Source of the DNA: a virus
Lineage: Duplodnaviria; Caudoviricetes
Length of the DNA stretch: 64,000 nucleotides
Reading direction: 5' to 3' (one strand)
Virus record (IMG/VR): IMGVR_UViG_2706795806_000001
Coordinates: 1-64,000 of that record
In this document: positions 1-10,205 of the stretch, in pieces
Position numbering within the stretch: position 1 is the stretch's first letter
Layout: every line of letters starts with the position of its first letter
Translations under genes and position numbers: made by a program
The notes under the pieces: generated by a model
Databases searched by the model: none
Told to the model about the DNA's origin: nothing
The model's input: only the letters and a program-made list of their open reading frames with translations

Positions 1-477
1 ATGGCTTGGGATGATTTGAGTAATAGATGGCAAGAGTATTTTATTAAAGAGCTTCACCTTATTGCATCAATGTCTAAAGATGTTGACACTAAGGTTGGAG
101 CTATTATTATTGATACGAAAGAAAAGGTTGTTGTAGCTAAAGGTTATAACGATTTGCCAAGAGGAGTATTTCACAAGGTTGAACGAAACAGTAGACCAAT
201 GAAGTATAAGTTCACAGTACATGCAGAGCAAAACGCTTTATATAATGCACTATATAGTGGGACTAAGGTTAAAGGTCTTTCTATGTTGTGTACATTGTTC
301 TCATGCTCTACTTGTTGTGGTGGTGTTATTCAGAGTGGGATACAAGAGTTTATCTGCCCTACACCAGATTGGGAGTATCCATCATTAAAAGATGATTTCC
401 CTGTAACAAAGGCAATGTATAGTGAGTCTGGTGTCAGAATTCTACATGATGAGAGGTTAGTATATGAAGGTAGATAA
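1..477 (+). CDS. dCMP deaminase
   Basis: HAEQNA and CSTC zinc motifs; SKD..TKVGA and GYN motifs of the dCMP deaminase family. Confidence 0.9.
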   Translation: MAWDDLSNRWQEYFIKELHLIASMSKDVDTKVGAIIIDTKEKVVVAKGYNDLPRGVFHKVERNSRPMKYKFTVHAEQNALYNALYSGTKVKGLSMLCTLFSCSTCCGGVIQSGIQEFICPTPDWEYPSLKDDFPVTKAMYSESGVRILHDERLVYEGR

Positions 478-2548
478 GTTCCCAACCAACATGATTTGGA
501 AGAAGGTAAAAGGTGAGTGGACTGTACCACGACATAATGGTGTGAGTTGGGAGTCTATTGAGTGGGACTTAGAAGGGAAGCAACAATGCCCTCATTGTGT
601 ATCACTAGGACATGACAACTCAGGAAATAACTTCCACTGTTATGGTTTAGACGAGCGTGGACTTCCTCTTGGTGGTAAGTGTTATAAAGAAGAGATGGTT
701 GTAGTCTCAATGCAACAAGCTATAGACGATGCCAATAAAGAAGCTGGAGAGAAAGCCAGTGACTATGTTAAGAAATTTGATGGAGGTAATTCAAGAATGT
801 CTGAAGTAGATTTAAAGAAAGAGAGTAAAGAAAAACTGAAGCTGAAGAAAGAGCGAATGAGTGATGAAGAACTTCAAGAAGTAATTGAAGCGACTGGCTC
901 TGATCCTAAGCGACTTCGTGGTATGGATAAAGATACATCTGAAAAGTATGGTATTCGATATCAATATAATGAAAGTACAGGTAAACCAGAAGTTATGATG
1001 ATCCCTGCTTATATTGAAGAGGATGGAACATTTAAGATTACAGGTTATAAATGCCGAAACTTCCGTAAGAAGAAAGAAGAGACAGGTCACTTCTATTCTG
1101 TTGGATATGTAGGTAAGTTGAACTGCTTCATGGGGCAGAACCTTAAACGTGGTGAGAATCATGTCCTTATCGTTGGTGGTGAGATTGATGCTGTAGTTGC
1201 TGACACAATGATTCGAGAGCATTCAGATTTAGCAAAGTACCACAAGAATTATTTAGTGGTTTCTAGTCTAGTTGGAGAGCCAGCAACATTTGAAGTGTGT
1301 AAGCGTAACTATGAATTCATCACTTCATTCTCTCAAATGGTTCTTGCACTAGATAAAGATAGTGCTGGTAAAGATGCGACAGATGCTGTGAAGGGTGTTC
1401 TTCCAAACGAGAATCTATTCACAACAAACTTGACATATAAAGATGCTTGGGTTTATTGGGAGAAGTTCAAAAAGTTTAAAGATCAAGAAGCATTGAAGTT
1501 GTTTGTAAATGATGTCCATTGGTCTAAACAAGTTGTTAAGAGTTTTGGTCTTGTTGGTTCTAAGTCACTTCTTGCTAAAGCAATTGAGCATGTGGTTCGA
1601 CCAAAGATTCCTTTGCCAGCATTCTTACAAGACTTGGGTGACTTCTTTACAGATGGTATTGGACTTGGAGAAATCTTTAACATCATTTCAAACACATCAA
1701 CAGGTAAATCTGTATATGTAAATGAGATGATCAGTGACTGGGTTGTAAATGCGCCATATAAGATGTGTATCTTCTCGTTAGAGGATGGTTCAGGTTCTTA
1801 TGGTACTAAGATTGCTTCTCGACTGATTGGACGCTCTATTCACCGTATTAAGGGTGCTGAGAATCGACGTAAAATTCTTGAAGAAAACTCTGAGAAGATT
1901 ATGGACTTTTTAACTGATCCTGAGACTGGTGAAGATAGTTTCTACTTGATTGAGGAAGCCTTCAGTGATTTAGATCAAGTGAAGCAAGCAATCCTACAGG
2001 CTATTAAGGTACATGATTGTAAGATCATTGTTATTGATCCACTGGTAAACTTGATTTCACACAAATCCAATGAAGAGCAAATTGCCTTTATGGTATTTGA
2101 GGAAGAATGCCGACGGATTTATGATGTAACATTCATTAACGTATGTCACACTCGTAAAGTTGGTGGTGGTGGTTCTAAAGGTGCTTCTCAAGGTGGTGAT
2201 ATTTCTGAGGAAGATGTAAAAGGTACTTCACAGATTACTGGTAGTGCTACAATCAACTTGATTATTCGTCGTGACAAAACAGCGTCATGTGATATTAAGC
2301 GTAACACAACAGAAATTGACATTACCAAGAACCGTACTGACGGAACAACAGGTAAATGTGTTGCTAAGATTTTCTATCACGGTGATACACATACACTGAT
2401 TCCATTCTCAATTGCTGAAGAGAATAACTTCTACCAAGATGGTGAAAAGGTAGATTTCAACCGTAAGGGTATTACTCCTGTAACAACTCAGGATGATGCT
2501 GAAGATGATGCTGAAGTTGTTGATCCAGATAAAATGGATTTCACTTAA
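464..2548 (+). CDS. DNA primase-helicase (T7 gp4-like)
   Basis: N-terminal CPHC zinc finger, TOPRIM (GGEIDA, DKDSAG), SF4 helicase motifs (STGKS, SLE, IDP, CHTRK, ITKNR), acidic tail. Confidence 0.92.
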   Translation: MKVDKFPTNMIWKKVKGEWTVPRHNGVSWESIEWDLEGKQQCPHCVSLGHDNSGNNFHCYGLDERGLPLGGKCYKEEMVVVSMQQAIDDANKEAGEKASDYVKKFDGGNSRMSEVDLKKESKEKLKLKKERMSDEELQEVIEATGSDPKRLRGMDKDTSEKYGIRYQYNESTGKPEVMMIPAYIEEDGTFKITGYKCRNFRKKKEETGHFYSVGYVGKLNCFMGQNLKRGENHVLIVGGEIDAVVADTMIREHSDLAKYHKNYLVVSSLVGEPATFEVCKRNYEFITSFSQMVLALDKDSAGKDATDAVKGVLPNENLFTTNLTYKDAWVYWEKFKKFKDQEALKLFVNDVHWSKQVVKSFGLVGSKSLLAKAIEHVVRPKIPLPAFLQDLGDFFTDGIGLGEIFNIISNTSTGKSVYVNEMISDWVVNAPYKMCIFSLEDGSGSYGTKIASRLIGRSIHRIKGAENRRKILEENSEKIMDFLTDPETGEDSFYLIEEAFSDLDQVKQAILQAIKVHDCKIIVIDPLVNLISHKSNEEQIAFMVFEEECRRIYDVTFINVCHTRKVGGGGSKGASQGGDISEEDVKGTSQITGSATINLIIRRDKTASCDIKRNTTEIDITKNRTDGTTGKCVAKIFYHGDTHTLIPFSIAEENNFYQDGEKVDFNRKGITPVTTQDDAEDDAEVVDPDKMDFT

Positions 2549-2551
2549 CAG

Positions 2552-2600
2552 TTGATTAACGTAGCTGGTGTGTGTATAATACATGCACTGGCTATTTTTA
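2552..2600 (+). promoter_or_regulatory. Sigma70-like promoter embedded in a terminator-like hairpin
   Basis: TTGATT-17-TATAAT; 16-bp wobble hairpin 2562-2594 with apex in the -10 box, followed by a T-tract. Confidence 0.65.
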
Positions 2601-2613
2601 TTTGGAGATTATA

Positions 2614-3012
2614 ATGTTTGGAAAGGCATTACTTAAAAAGTTCAGTGAACCGCCTATGATTATAAATGGTGTGTTCAATGGAGTTGATTATTCAGGATTT
2701 AATCAGTACCTGACTGTTGGTAGATTAAATTTTTATAATAATTTAATTGGAGAAACTACATTCCTTACAGCTAAGGTTGATGACTTTACTGTAAGTATTT
2801 TGGTTGATGGGAAGTCATTTATGAAGGGACAAGAGCCTGTGACTTCTTTTCACGTAGAAGTTTTATTAAAAGATTTCTACAGATCAAGTACAGTCTTAAC
2901 AGATGCTGTCTTAGATGACGAGCGTTTTGGGTGTTTGCACTTTACGGATGTATTAAAGCGTTTGTTTGGAGAGGTGAACTACTTGGAGACATTAAACATA
3001 CTGGAGGTATAG
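2614..3012 (+). CDS. Hypothetical protein
   Basis: ORF with GGAG RBS before ATG 2614. Confidence 0.6.
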   Translation: MFGKALLKKFSEPPMIINGVFNGVDYSGFNQYLTVGRLNFYNNLIGETTFLTAKVDDFTVSILVDGKSFMKGQEPVTSFHVEVLLKDFYRSSTVLTDAVLDDERFGCLHFTDVLKRLFGEVNYLETLNILEV

Positions 3013-5070
3013 ATGAGTGATTTGAAGTTAAGGTTTTGGGCTAGTGACTTGGAGGCAACAGGTCTTGTCTGGGATTTAGTACAGCAAGGAGATGAGGCTA
3101 AAATGCACAACTTCTGCTCTATTGAAATCAAAGACAAGAAGTTTGAAGATGTCCAAATGATTTACCCACACAATAGAAAAGGGTTAAAAGAGTTACAGGC
3201 TTGGATTGATGATCCTGAAAATGTATTCATCATCCACAATGCTTATACATACGATCTACATGCTCTCGAACATTTCGGTATCAATACAGATAAGATGCAA
3301 GTGATCGACACTTTGCCACTTTCATGGTATTTAGCTAATCAGAAAGAGCGTCATGGTCTTGCTTGGTGGGGTGAGGATTTTGGAATCCCTAAACCTGTTG
3401 TTGATGACTGGGAGAATTTGACACAGGAAGAGTATGACCATCGTGTTATTGAAGACTGTAAGATTCAACGATCTTTGTGGATGAAGTTCTGTACAGAGTT
3501 TGGATTGATGTATGGTTGTAAAACTCAGACAGATGTATTCAAGCACCCTGCATTTAAATATTTAATGTTTAAGCAGAAGCAGTTAGCAGAACAGATGCGT
3601 AACAAGTGGAAGTTTGATGTTGAAGGTGGTAAAGCACTGTATGATGAGCTTCAGGAAGAGATTGTAAAGCGACGAGACATGCTTAAATCAGCAATGCCTA
3701 CCGTACCTAAGTTTGCTAAAAGAAAACCTCCTGCAAAGCCTTTCAAGGCAAATGGTGAGTTATCAGCAACAGGAGAAAATTGGAAGAAGCTGACAGAAGA
3801 GAAAGGTTTGCCGTTCACATACAAAGGTGAGATTCAAGTTATCACTAAGTATGAAGAGCCAAACCCTGCATCATCAAAACAGGTGAAAGATTGGTTGGAT
3901 TCATTAGGTTGGATTCCTGAGACTTTTGAGTATAAACGTGAGCCAGATGGAAGCACTCGTGCTATCCCTCAAGTAAACAAGAAAAACTCAGGAGGCTTGG
4001 TATGTAAATCAGTAGAACGTCTGATTGAAGATGCTCCAGAAGTTGAGGCATTGAAAGGGTTAGGGATTGTCAATCACCGATTTAGTTTGGTTAAAGGTTG
4101 GTTAGAGAATCATGAAGATGGAGAGTTAATTGCACAAGCTGGTGGGTTTACTAACACCTTGCGATTAAAGCACCGTATTTTAGTTAATATGCCTTCTGGT
4201 CGTGTTCCTTATGGTATGCAGATTCGAGGTTTGTTGAAAGCTCGTGAAGGTTGTACATTAACAGGGTCGGATTTAAGTTCTCTTGAGAACCGTTGGAAGT
4301 TCCATCATCAATACCCACTTGATCCTGATTTTGTTGAGAGTCAGATGTCAGATGACTTTGATCCACACATGGCACTAGCTGTAGCTGGTGGATTGATGAC
4401 TGAAGATGACATGAACTTCTATAAGATTTATGAGGCAAAGAAAGAGTGTAAGGAAGAGTGGAAAACTGAAGAGCTTTTGAATCGGATTAAGAACGCTGAA
4501 GTCAATGCTGATTGGATGCACAGTGAGATTGCTCGTATTGGTAAGATTCGTGCTGTAGGTAAGCAAGGTAACTATGCACTACAATATGGTTCTGGTGTTG
4601 AGACACTAGCACGTACAGCGAAGATCACAAAGAAAGAAGCAACCAAGTTAAAATCTGGTTACGACAAACTGAATTGGTCTATTCCTGTGATTGCACAATC
4701 TCAGAAAGTTAAGGCATTTAAGAATGGTAAGTATTTATTTAATCCAGTAAATAAATTATACTACCCACTTAAAGCTGAGAAGGATAGATTCTCTACTTTG
4801 ATTCAAGGTAGTGGTTCTTACACACTTGATTTGTGGATTATGAAGTTCTTTAGCATTCGTAAGAAAGCTATTGCTTCAGGCAGAATTAAGTTTGCAAAAC
4901 TTCTTGGGACATTCCACGATGAGTTGATTATTGAGCATCTTACTGAAGATTCAGAGGAAGTCGCTAAAATGTTGTTGGAAGCTATTGATTTAGTTAATAA
5001 ATCTTTAAAACTTTCTGTAGATATTGCTTGTGATATTAAACAGGGTTCTTCATACGCTGAGATTCACTGA
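3013..5070 (+). CDS. DNA polymerase, family A (T7-like) with 3'-5' exonuclease
   Basis: ExoI DLEA, ExoII HN..YD, motif A DLSSLE, motif B K..NYALQYG, motif C FHDE. Confidence 0.95.
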   Translation: MSDLKLRFWASDLEATGLVWDLVQQGDEAKMHNFCSIEIKDKKFEDVQMIYPHNRKGLKELQAWIDDPENVFIIHNAYTYDLHALEHFGINTDKMQVIDTLPLSWYLANQKERHGLAWWGEDFGIPKPVVDDWENLTQEEYDHRVIEDCKIQRSLWMKFCTEFGLMYGCKTQTDVFKHPAFKYLMFKQKQLAEQMRNKWKFDVEGGKALYDELQEEIVKRRDMLKSAMPTVPKFAKRKPPAKPFKANGELSATGENWKKLTEEKGLPFTYKGEIQVITKYEEPNPASSKQVKDWLDSLGWIPETFEYKREPDGSTRAIPQVNKKNSGGLVCKSVERLIEDAPEVEALKGLGIVNHRFSLVKGWLENHEDGELIAQAGGFTNTLRLKHRILVNMPSGRVPYGMQIRGLLKAREGCTLTGSDLSSLENRWKFHHQYPLDPDFVESQMSDDFDPHMALAVAGGLMTEDDMNFYKIYEAKKECKEEWKTEELLNRIKNAEVNADWMHSEIARIGKIRAVGKQGNYALQYGSGVETLARTAKITKKEATKLKSGYDKLNWSIPVIAQSQKVKAFKNGKYLFNPVNKLYYPLKAEKDRFSTLIQGSGSYTLDLWIMKFFSIRKKAIASGRIKFAKLLGTFHDELIIEHLTEDSEEVAKMLLEAIDLVNKSLKLSVDIACDIKQGSSYAEIH

Positions 5071-5109
5071 TCAAAATGCCTCTTCGGAGGCAACTATTTA
5101 GGAGAAATT

Positions 5110-5712
5110 ATGAAAAAGTTACAATTACTTGTTGACATAGATGAAAGTTGTGGTAATATAGCTACACAAACAAACGAAGAGGTAGTTAATATGATCGGTT
5201 CAGGAAGTAAGACAGTAGACATCGAACGTGCAAAACGTGGTCTTGAGTTTAATGCAAAGAAACTTCTTGTTGCTCGTGGTATTGATGTAAATGCTTTAGA
5301 AAATTATCATTTTGGAAAGTCAATGTCATTTGCTTTATGTTACGGTGCTTCAGAGCAACGAGCTAAATCTGTTGCTTTGCAATCAGTGAAACGAATTAAC
5401 TTTTCAGGAATTGCTTCTAATGAATTCTTGGTTCGATCATTCATTACTGATCCTACGAAGTATACGATGTATGATGGTGTTGTGAAGGCTGTGTATTCTG
5501 GTAAGGTTGAGAAAGCACGAAAAATTGCTGTTGATTCTTGGAAGAAGCGTTTAGCTAAATCTTTGGTAGAGGATTCAGAAACACTTAAAAAACTTGTTGT
5601 AAATGGTTGCATTCCACGAAATAGTGGTGTACAATCTACATCACAACGAGGGACTACAGAAGTTACACTAGAGTTCATTGAACAAGTTGTAGAAGTAGTT
5701 AATCAAATTTAA
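5110..5712 (+). CDS. Hypothetical protein carrying a PolA motif-B-like peptide
   Basis: AGGAG RBS; contains GKSMSFALCYGA. Confidence 0.65.
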   Translation: MKKLQLLVDIDESCGNIATQTNEEVVNMIGSGSKTVDIERAKRGLEFNAKKLLVARGIDVNALENYHFGKSMSFALCYGASEQRAKSVALQSVKRINFSGIASNEFLVRSFITDPTKYTMYDGVVKAVYSGKVEKARKIAVDSWKKRLAKSLVEDSETLKKLVVNGCIPRNSGVQSTSQRGTTEVTLEFIEQVVEVVNQI

Positions 5713-5742
5713 TCTGAAATAGTTGTTGATTGGTGGTATGAT

Positions 5743-5961
5743 ATGCTGTATAATCTAGTTCTAGTTATCTTTTTATCGAATGGAGTGGAGCATAGAGTTC
5801 CACTAATCAATAAAGTTACAGATAATACCTGTATTGATCTTCGTGATCAAGTTAGAGGTCAAGTAAGTAGTCTCAATGATTTAGAAACACCTGTTGAATA
5901 TGATGGTGCTGTCATTGAGTTTGTAGATGCTGAGTGTGTTGCTCGGAGAAATTTTTATTAA
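5743..5961 (+). CDS. Hypothetical protein
   Basis: ORF in operon, hydrophobic N-terminus. Confidence 0.5.
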   Translation: MLYNLVLVIFLSNGVEHRVPLINKVTDNTCIDLRDQVRGQVSSLNDLETPVEYDGAVIEFVDAECVARRNFY

Positions 5962-5979
5962 GTTAAGAGGAAATTAATT

Positions 5980-7125
5980 ATGGCTAAAGGTTTTAAAGCT
6001 CGTGGTTTAAAAGGTGGTAATTCAAATGCACAATCTAATGTTGATTGGAAAGCGATCCATGATCAAGTAGATGAAGGTACTCAAGGCGCACGTATTTCAG
6101 TAATTGTTGACTTAGGTATGCACAAAGAATCTATGGCTCTTGGTGATAAAGGTCAGACAGGTTTCTTAACTCAGGAAGATGCAGAACAATGGATCGAAGA
6201 GATGAAGAAAACTTATGGCGAAAAACATGCAGTGTTCAAAAACGGTGATCCTGATATTGAAGATGCTGAAGATGTTGATGTTGGTAAGTATACGAAAACC
6301 ATTCAACTTGAAGCAGATGGAACTTGGGAAGTTGTAGATGAATCTCCTGAGTATATCATTGAGGCAAATGAGTATGGTGGTGAGCGTGAGTATCAAGAAC
6401 TTGCAATGTTTGCTGACTTAACTGAAAACCCTGTTGATTACGGTGAAGAGATTGGTACTAAAGCTTTCCGTACAATGTTGAATCGTCGTTGGATGGGTGA
6501 AGTGAATGGTTTCCAATTAAAGAAATCTAAACCAGCTCAGAAAGATGGTGTTTGGACTATCAAGGGTAATACAAAGCTTGCAGAGTTAGCATCTGCCACT
6601 GGTCACAAAGATTTACTTGAGTGTGATCTTGAAGATGCAGACTGGTCAGAAATGTTAGGTGAGGCATTCAACATCACAATTGAGAAATCAGGTGATGAAG
6701 GTCAATACCTTAATATTGGTAAGTGTGTAGCCTTGAAGAAAAAGAAAGGTGTTCTTGAAGATGTTGAAGAGTTAGAGCAAGAAGCTATCCTCATCACTTT
6801 TGATGATGTTACTGTTGAAGAGCTTGAGAAAGCACATATTCGTGGTGATATTATCAAGAAGATTAAGAAAGCGAGTGACTATAAAGGTTCACAAATGCAG
6901 AAAGCTATTGAAGAGTTTGAAGCTCGTCAAAAAGCTAAAGCAAAGACATCTAAAGATTCAGACGATACAGCATCGGACGATGATGAAGATGAAGATGAAA
7001 AGCCTAACCGTAAGGTAAACAAGGTGAATAAAACATCTAAAGGTAAAACTACTAAGAAAGAAGTTGAGCCAGAAGATGATGGTGAAGGTCAAGCAGATTC
7101 AAATGAAGAGTCTTGGGAAGACTAA
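5980..7125 (+). CDS. Putative ssDNA-binding/annealing replication protein
   Basis: Lies between polymerase and exonuclease; very acidic with disordered acidic C-tail ending SWED. Confidence 0.5.
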   Translation: MAKGFKARGLKGGNSNAQSNVDWKAIHDQVDEGTQGARISVIVDLGMHKESMALGDKGQTGFLTQEDAEQWIEEMKKTYGEKHAVFKNGDPDIEDAEDVDVGKYTKTIQLEADGTWEVVDESPEYIIEANEYGGEREYQELAMFADLTENPVDYGEEIGTKAFRTMLNRRWMGEVNGFQLKKSKPAQKDGVWTIKGNTKLAELASATGHKDLLECDLEDADWSEMLGEAFNITIEKSGDEGQYLNIGKCVALKKKKGVLEDVEELEQEAILITFDDVTVEELEKAHIRGDIIKKIKKASDYKGSQMQKAIEEFEARQKAKAKTSKDSDDTASDDDEDEDEKPNRKVNKVNKTSKGKTTKKEVEPEDDGEGQADSNEESWED

Positions 7126-7130
7126 GAGCC

Positions 7131-7382
7131 ATGAAAGCAAGCGTAACAATTCCTTCAAATGAGTTGAAACGCTTGTTCCTCAAAGCAATTAACGGTAAGG
7201 ATTTCTCTCAAAGAGTTATTTCAGAGATCACTTACCGTTTAATTGATCGCATTGAAAGGGATTACCCTGATATGCTCAAAGGTATATACCAAACAGCTCA
7301 TAGGAAATATCAGAATGAGCTGGCTTTGAGGTTGAAGCGTCAACGTGAACACAATTTAAGAAATATCTATGGAGATAAGTAA
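7131..7382 (+). CDS. Hypothetical protein
   Basis: ORF with stop/start coupling to next gene. Confidence 0.55.
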   Translation: MKASVTIPSNELKRLFLKAINGKDFSQRVISEITYRLIDRIERDYPDMLKGIYQTAHRKYQNELALRLKRQREHNLRNIYGDK

Positions 7383-7753
7383 TGACAGAACATTTTAATG
7401 AGGTTAATGCAAAGAAAGGTGCTGGTCGTCCACAAGTGGATAATGAGCAAATTATTAACGATCTTCTAGCAAAGCCTGATACTCGTGAACAGTTAATCAA
7501 GCAAATTCAATACCTTGCTACTGAGAAGCGTAAAATCGTAAACCTCCAAGACATTTACAAAGATGATGTGAAAGCTACAAAAGAGGCTTTTGGTTTATCT
7601 GGTGGGTATATTACCAAACTTGTAGATGCCCTTGTCAAAGATGATGTAAACAAGAAAGTGACAGAAGCGACATTACTGTCTGACCTACTTTCAATCTTCG
7701 CACCTAAAGAGGATGATGAAGATCAAGAGCTAGATGAAGACTTCGAAGGCTAA
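7382..7753 (+). CDS. dsDNA-binding protein, T4 DsbA/GapR-like
   Basis: Helical pattern KIVNLQDIYKDDVKATKEAFGLSGGYITKLV resembles T4 DsbA; AT-hook-like GRP; acidic tail. Confidence 0.5.
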   Translation: MTEHFNEVNAKKGAGRPQVDNEQIINDLLAKPDTREQLIKQIQYLATEKRKIVNLQDIYKDDVKATKEAFGLSGGYITKLVDALVKDDVNKKVTEATLLSDLLSIFAPKEDDEDQELDEDFEG

Positions 7754-7956
7754 TGGCTCAGTATAAACTATACAACGATGGGGATGGTCATGAGTACCTA
7801 ATCCCCTACGGAATATGGAGTCTGTTCTTAGCAAAGCTTGAGAGATTGGGTGATGATGAGGATGAAGTAGCAAATTACTTAGATAATTTTCAAACTCTTG
7901 AGGGTCGAGAGTATGTAATTTTTCTGGAGGAAGATTTAGCAAAGCAATACAAATAA
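7753..7956 (+). CDS. Hypothetical protein
   Basis: Coupled ORF followed by terminator. Confidence 0.55.
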   Translation: MAQYKLYNDGDGHEYLIPYGIWSLFLAKLERLGDDEDEVANYLDNFQTLEGREYVIFLEEDLAKQYK

Positions 7957-7982
7957 GCCTAGCCTTGAGCTAGGTTTTTTAA
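7957..7982 (+). terminator. Intrinsic terminator
   Basis: GCCTAGC-CTTGA-GCTAGGT then T6. Confidence 0.7.
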
Positions 7983-7994
7983 TAGGAGGTTTAA

Positions 7995-9281
7995 ATGGCT
8001 AAAGGATTTAAAATGCGTAAGGCTGGTGTTCCCCAGTATTATGCCAGTGAGATTGATTTCCCAAAGTATAGAAAGGGCGAGACAGTTGTACTATTCGATG
8101 CAGATATTTTAGCATTTAAAGTTTCATCTGTTTGTGAGACAAAATACCGATTTACACACAAAGAGAATGGTGATCAGTATGATGCCAAGTCAATAACAGA
8201 GTTCAAGGACTTCTTGACAGATGAGAAGGCATCATTAAGCCGTAAGATTATGAAGTTAGCACAACGTAAGCAAGAGGATGGGAAGTTATCAGATACAAAT
8301 GAGAAGCGTATGGCTAGACTTCGTAAGGAGTTGTTAGAGTGTCCTGAGTTTGAAGATTTTGAACGAGAAGATTTTCAGGTAGCTGATCCTTTTGAGTATT
8401 GTGCAAAAACTTTGAATGATGCTTATGATCGTGTAATGAAGCGATTGAAGGCTAAGAAATCTGAGCTTTACATTGGTGGTGATGAGAACTTCCGTTCTGA
8501 AATTCCACTGAAAGAAGAGTATAAGGTTTCTGTTCGTAAGGATGGAGTGAGACCTATCCACTTGACAGCTTCTAAAGAGTATCTGATTAAATCAAAGGGT
8601 GCTTGGAAGATTAAAGGTATTGAGGCAGATGATATCATTCAGATGAGAGCTTATCAGCTTGCACTACAGGGAGTTAAGGTATATGTATACTCTAACGATA
8701 AAGACCGACTACAAGCTTGGTATGCGAATTGGTACAATCCTGACAATGATGAGATTCTTACTTTAGATTCATTGCTTGGAGAGATTACAGCCAAGAAGAA
8801 AGGTTCAGGCTTAAAGTGGTTAATGTTCCAATGCTCTCAAGGTGATCCGACAGATGGATATTCACCAAAGGCTTGGTATGCTAAACGATATGGTCAGGTT
8901 GGTTTTTACAACGACTTCAATGAGTGTGATACAGTAAAAGGGTTCTTAGAAAAGTTTATTGAAGTCCATCGTGACAGACTTTTACCAGAACCACTATATG
9001 AGTGGGACACTTGGGATGGTCGCCATGTTAAATCAAACTGGCTAGGTATCATTGAAATGATGTTCTCTTGTGCTTACATGAAGCTGGAGATTGATGATAA
9101 ACGAACATTCAGCTCACTGTGCCAAGAGCATGGGGTAGATGCTGGAGAGCTTGTTTGGGAGGTCTACTATGACTGGGATTGTCCAAATGAGGAGCTTGGT
9201 TGTGTAAGAAATGTTGGCTCTGATGGAGCTGTTGCAATAAAAGTTTTAGAAGAATTGGAAAAAGGAGATGAAAATGCTTAA
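7995..9281 (+). CDS. 5'-3' exonuclease (T7 gp6/FEN-like)
   Basis: DAD, NFR, EADD, NDKD and GDPTDG motifs. Confidence 0.88.
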   Translation: MAKGFKMRKAGVPQYYASEIDFPKYRKGETVVLFDADILAFKVSSVCETKYRFTHKENGDQYDAKSITEFKDFLTDEKASLSRKIMKLAQRKQEDGKLSDTNEKRMARLRKELLECPEFEDFEREDFQVADPFEYCAKTLNDAYDRVMKRLKAKKSELYIGGDENFRSEIPLKEEYKVSVRKDGVRPIHLTASKEYLIKSKGAWKIKGIEADDIIQMRAYQLALQGVKVYVYSNDKDRLQAWYANWYNPDNDEILTLDSLLGEITAKKKGSGLKWLMFQCSQGDPTDGYSPKAWYAKRYGQVGFYNDFNECDTVKGFLEKFIEVHRDRLLPEPLYEWDTWDGRHVKSNWLGIIEMMFSCAYMKLEIDDKRTFSSLCQEHGVDAGELVWEVYYDWDCPNEELGCVRNVGSDGAVAIKVLEELEKGDENA

Positions 9282-9591
9282 TGGTGTACATGCAGTTATT
9301 AGTTCGCAAGGTAATATCTTAGGATTTACTGATAATTTTAGTATCACAATAGGTTCTCAGAAGGAAAAAGATTACAGCTATCGTATTGATTTAAGAAGTA
9401 ATTTAGCATTCTTGAAGCGTGGACAGGAGCTAGTAAACCTTAAATTTAAAGGTAATGTGAATATCAAAAAATCTAAAGTTGTGTTTACTGAAGATGGTGA
9501 TTTTGTATTTTCTATCAAAGGTGTTGTTTTTAAACAAACTAAGTCTCTAAAAGAGATGACTACACACCTTTCTGGTCTACTGGAACTGTAA
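9274..9591 (+). CDS. Hypothetical protein
   Basis: GGAG RBS, overlapping the upstream stop. Confidence 0.55.
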   Translation: MLNGVHAVISSQGNILGFTDNFSITIGSQKEKDYSYRIDLRSNLAFLKRGQELVNLKFKGNVNIKKSKVVFTEDGDFVFSIKGVVFKQTKSLKEMTTHLSGLLEL

Positions 9592-10205
9592 TGGATTTTG
9601 GTATGGAGGAGTTGGAGAGCTTAGGAAAACTCCCTCATGAAGACCTTAAAGTATTTCTGACTTGCACAAGCCACATATTCCCTACAGAGGCGAAGTTCAT
9701 GGCTTGGGTTCGTTCAGGATTACGACAAGGGCTTTGGAATAAGCATCCAGTAAAGATGGAGACATTGAAAGAAAGTCGTAGGAAGATTAAGAACCCTAAC
9801 CCAAATCCAAGAAAAGGAGCTGAGTTAGTTTGGGGATTTGATTGTGCTTGCTGTGGCAATTCATTCAAGCAGACAGATGTTGAGGTTGACCACAAATCAG
9901 GCGAAAACTCATTAAAGAGTATTGATGATCTTGTCGTGTTTTTCAAAAAACTTGTGTTTGTAACTCCCCAAGATTTACAGATTTTGTGTAAGGGTTGTCA
10001 TAGCATCAAGACATATTCGGAACGGTATGGAGTCTCGTTGGTTACAGCAGAGGCTACAAAGAAGGCTATTGAGGTTTTAAAGACAGATAAGTATAAGAAA
10101 GAGTTGGTTAGACTTGGAGTTACAAAATTGATTCCAAAGAACAAAGCTCGTGAAATTCTTGTAAATCTGTACGAACAGGAGATTACAGAAGGAGTAAAAG
10201 ATTGA
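9591..10205 (+). CDS. HNH endonuclease
   Basis: CACC...VDH...LQILCKGCH..KT pattern. Confidence 0.8.
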   Translation: MDFGMEELESLGKLPHEDLKVFLTCTSHIFPTEAKFMAWVRSGLRQGLWNKHPVKMETLKESRRKIKNPNPNPRKGAELVWGFDCACCGNSFKQTDVEVDHKSGENSLKSIDDLVVFFKKLVFVTPQDLQILCKGCHSIKTYSERYGVSLVTAEATKKAIEVLKTDKYKKELVRLGVTKLIPKNKAREILVNLYEQEITEGVKD

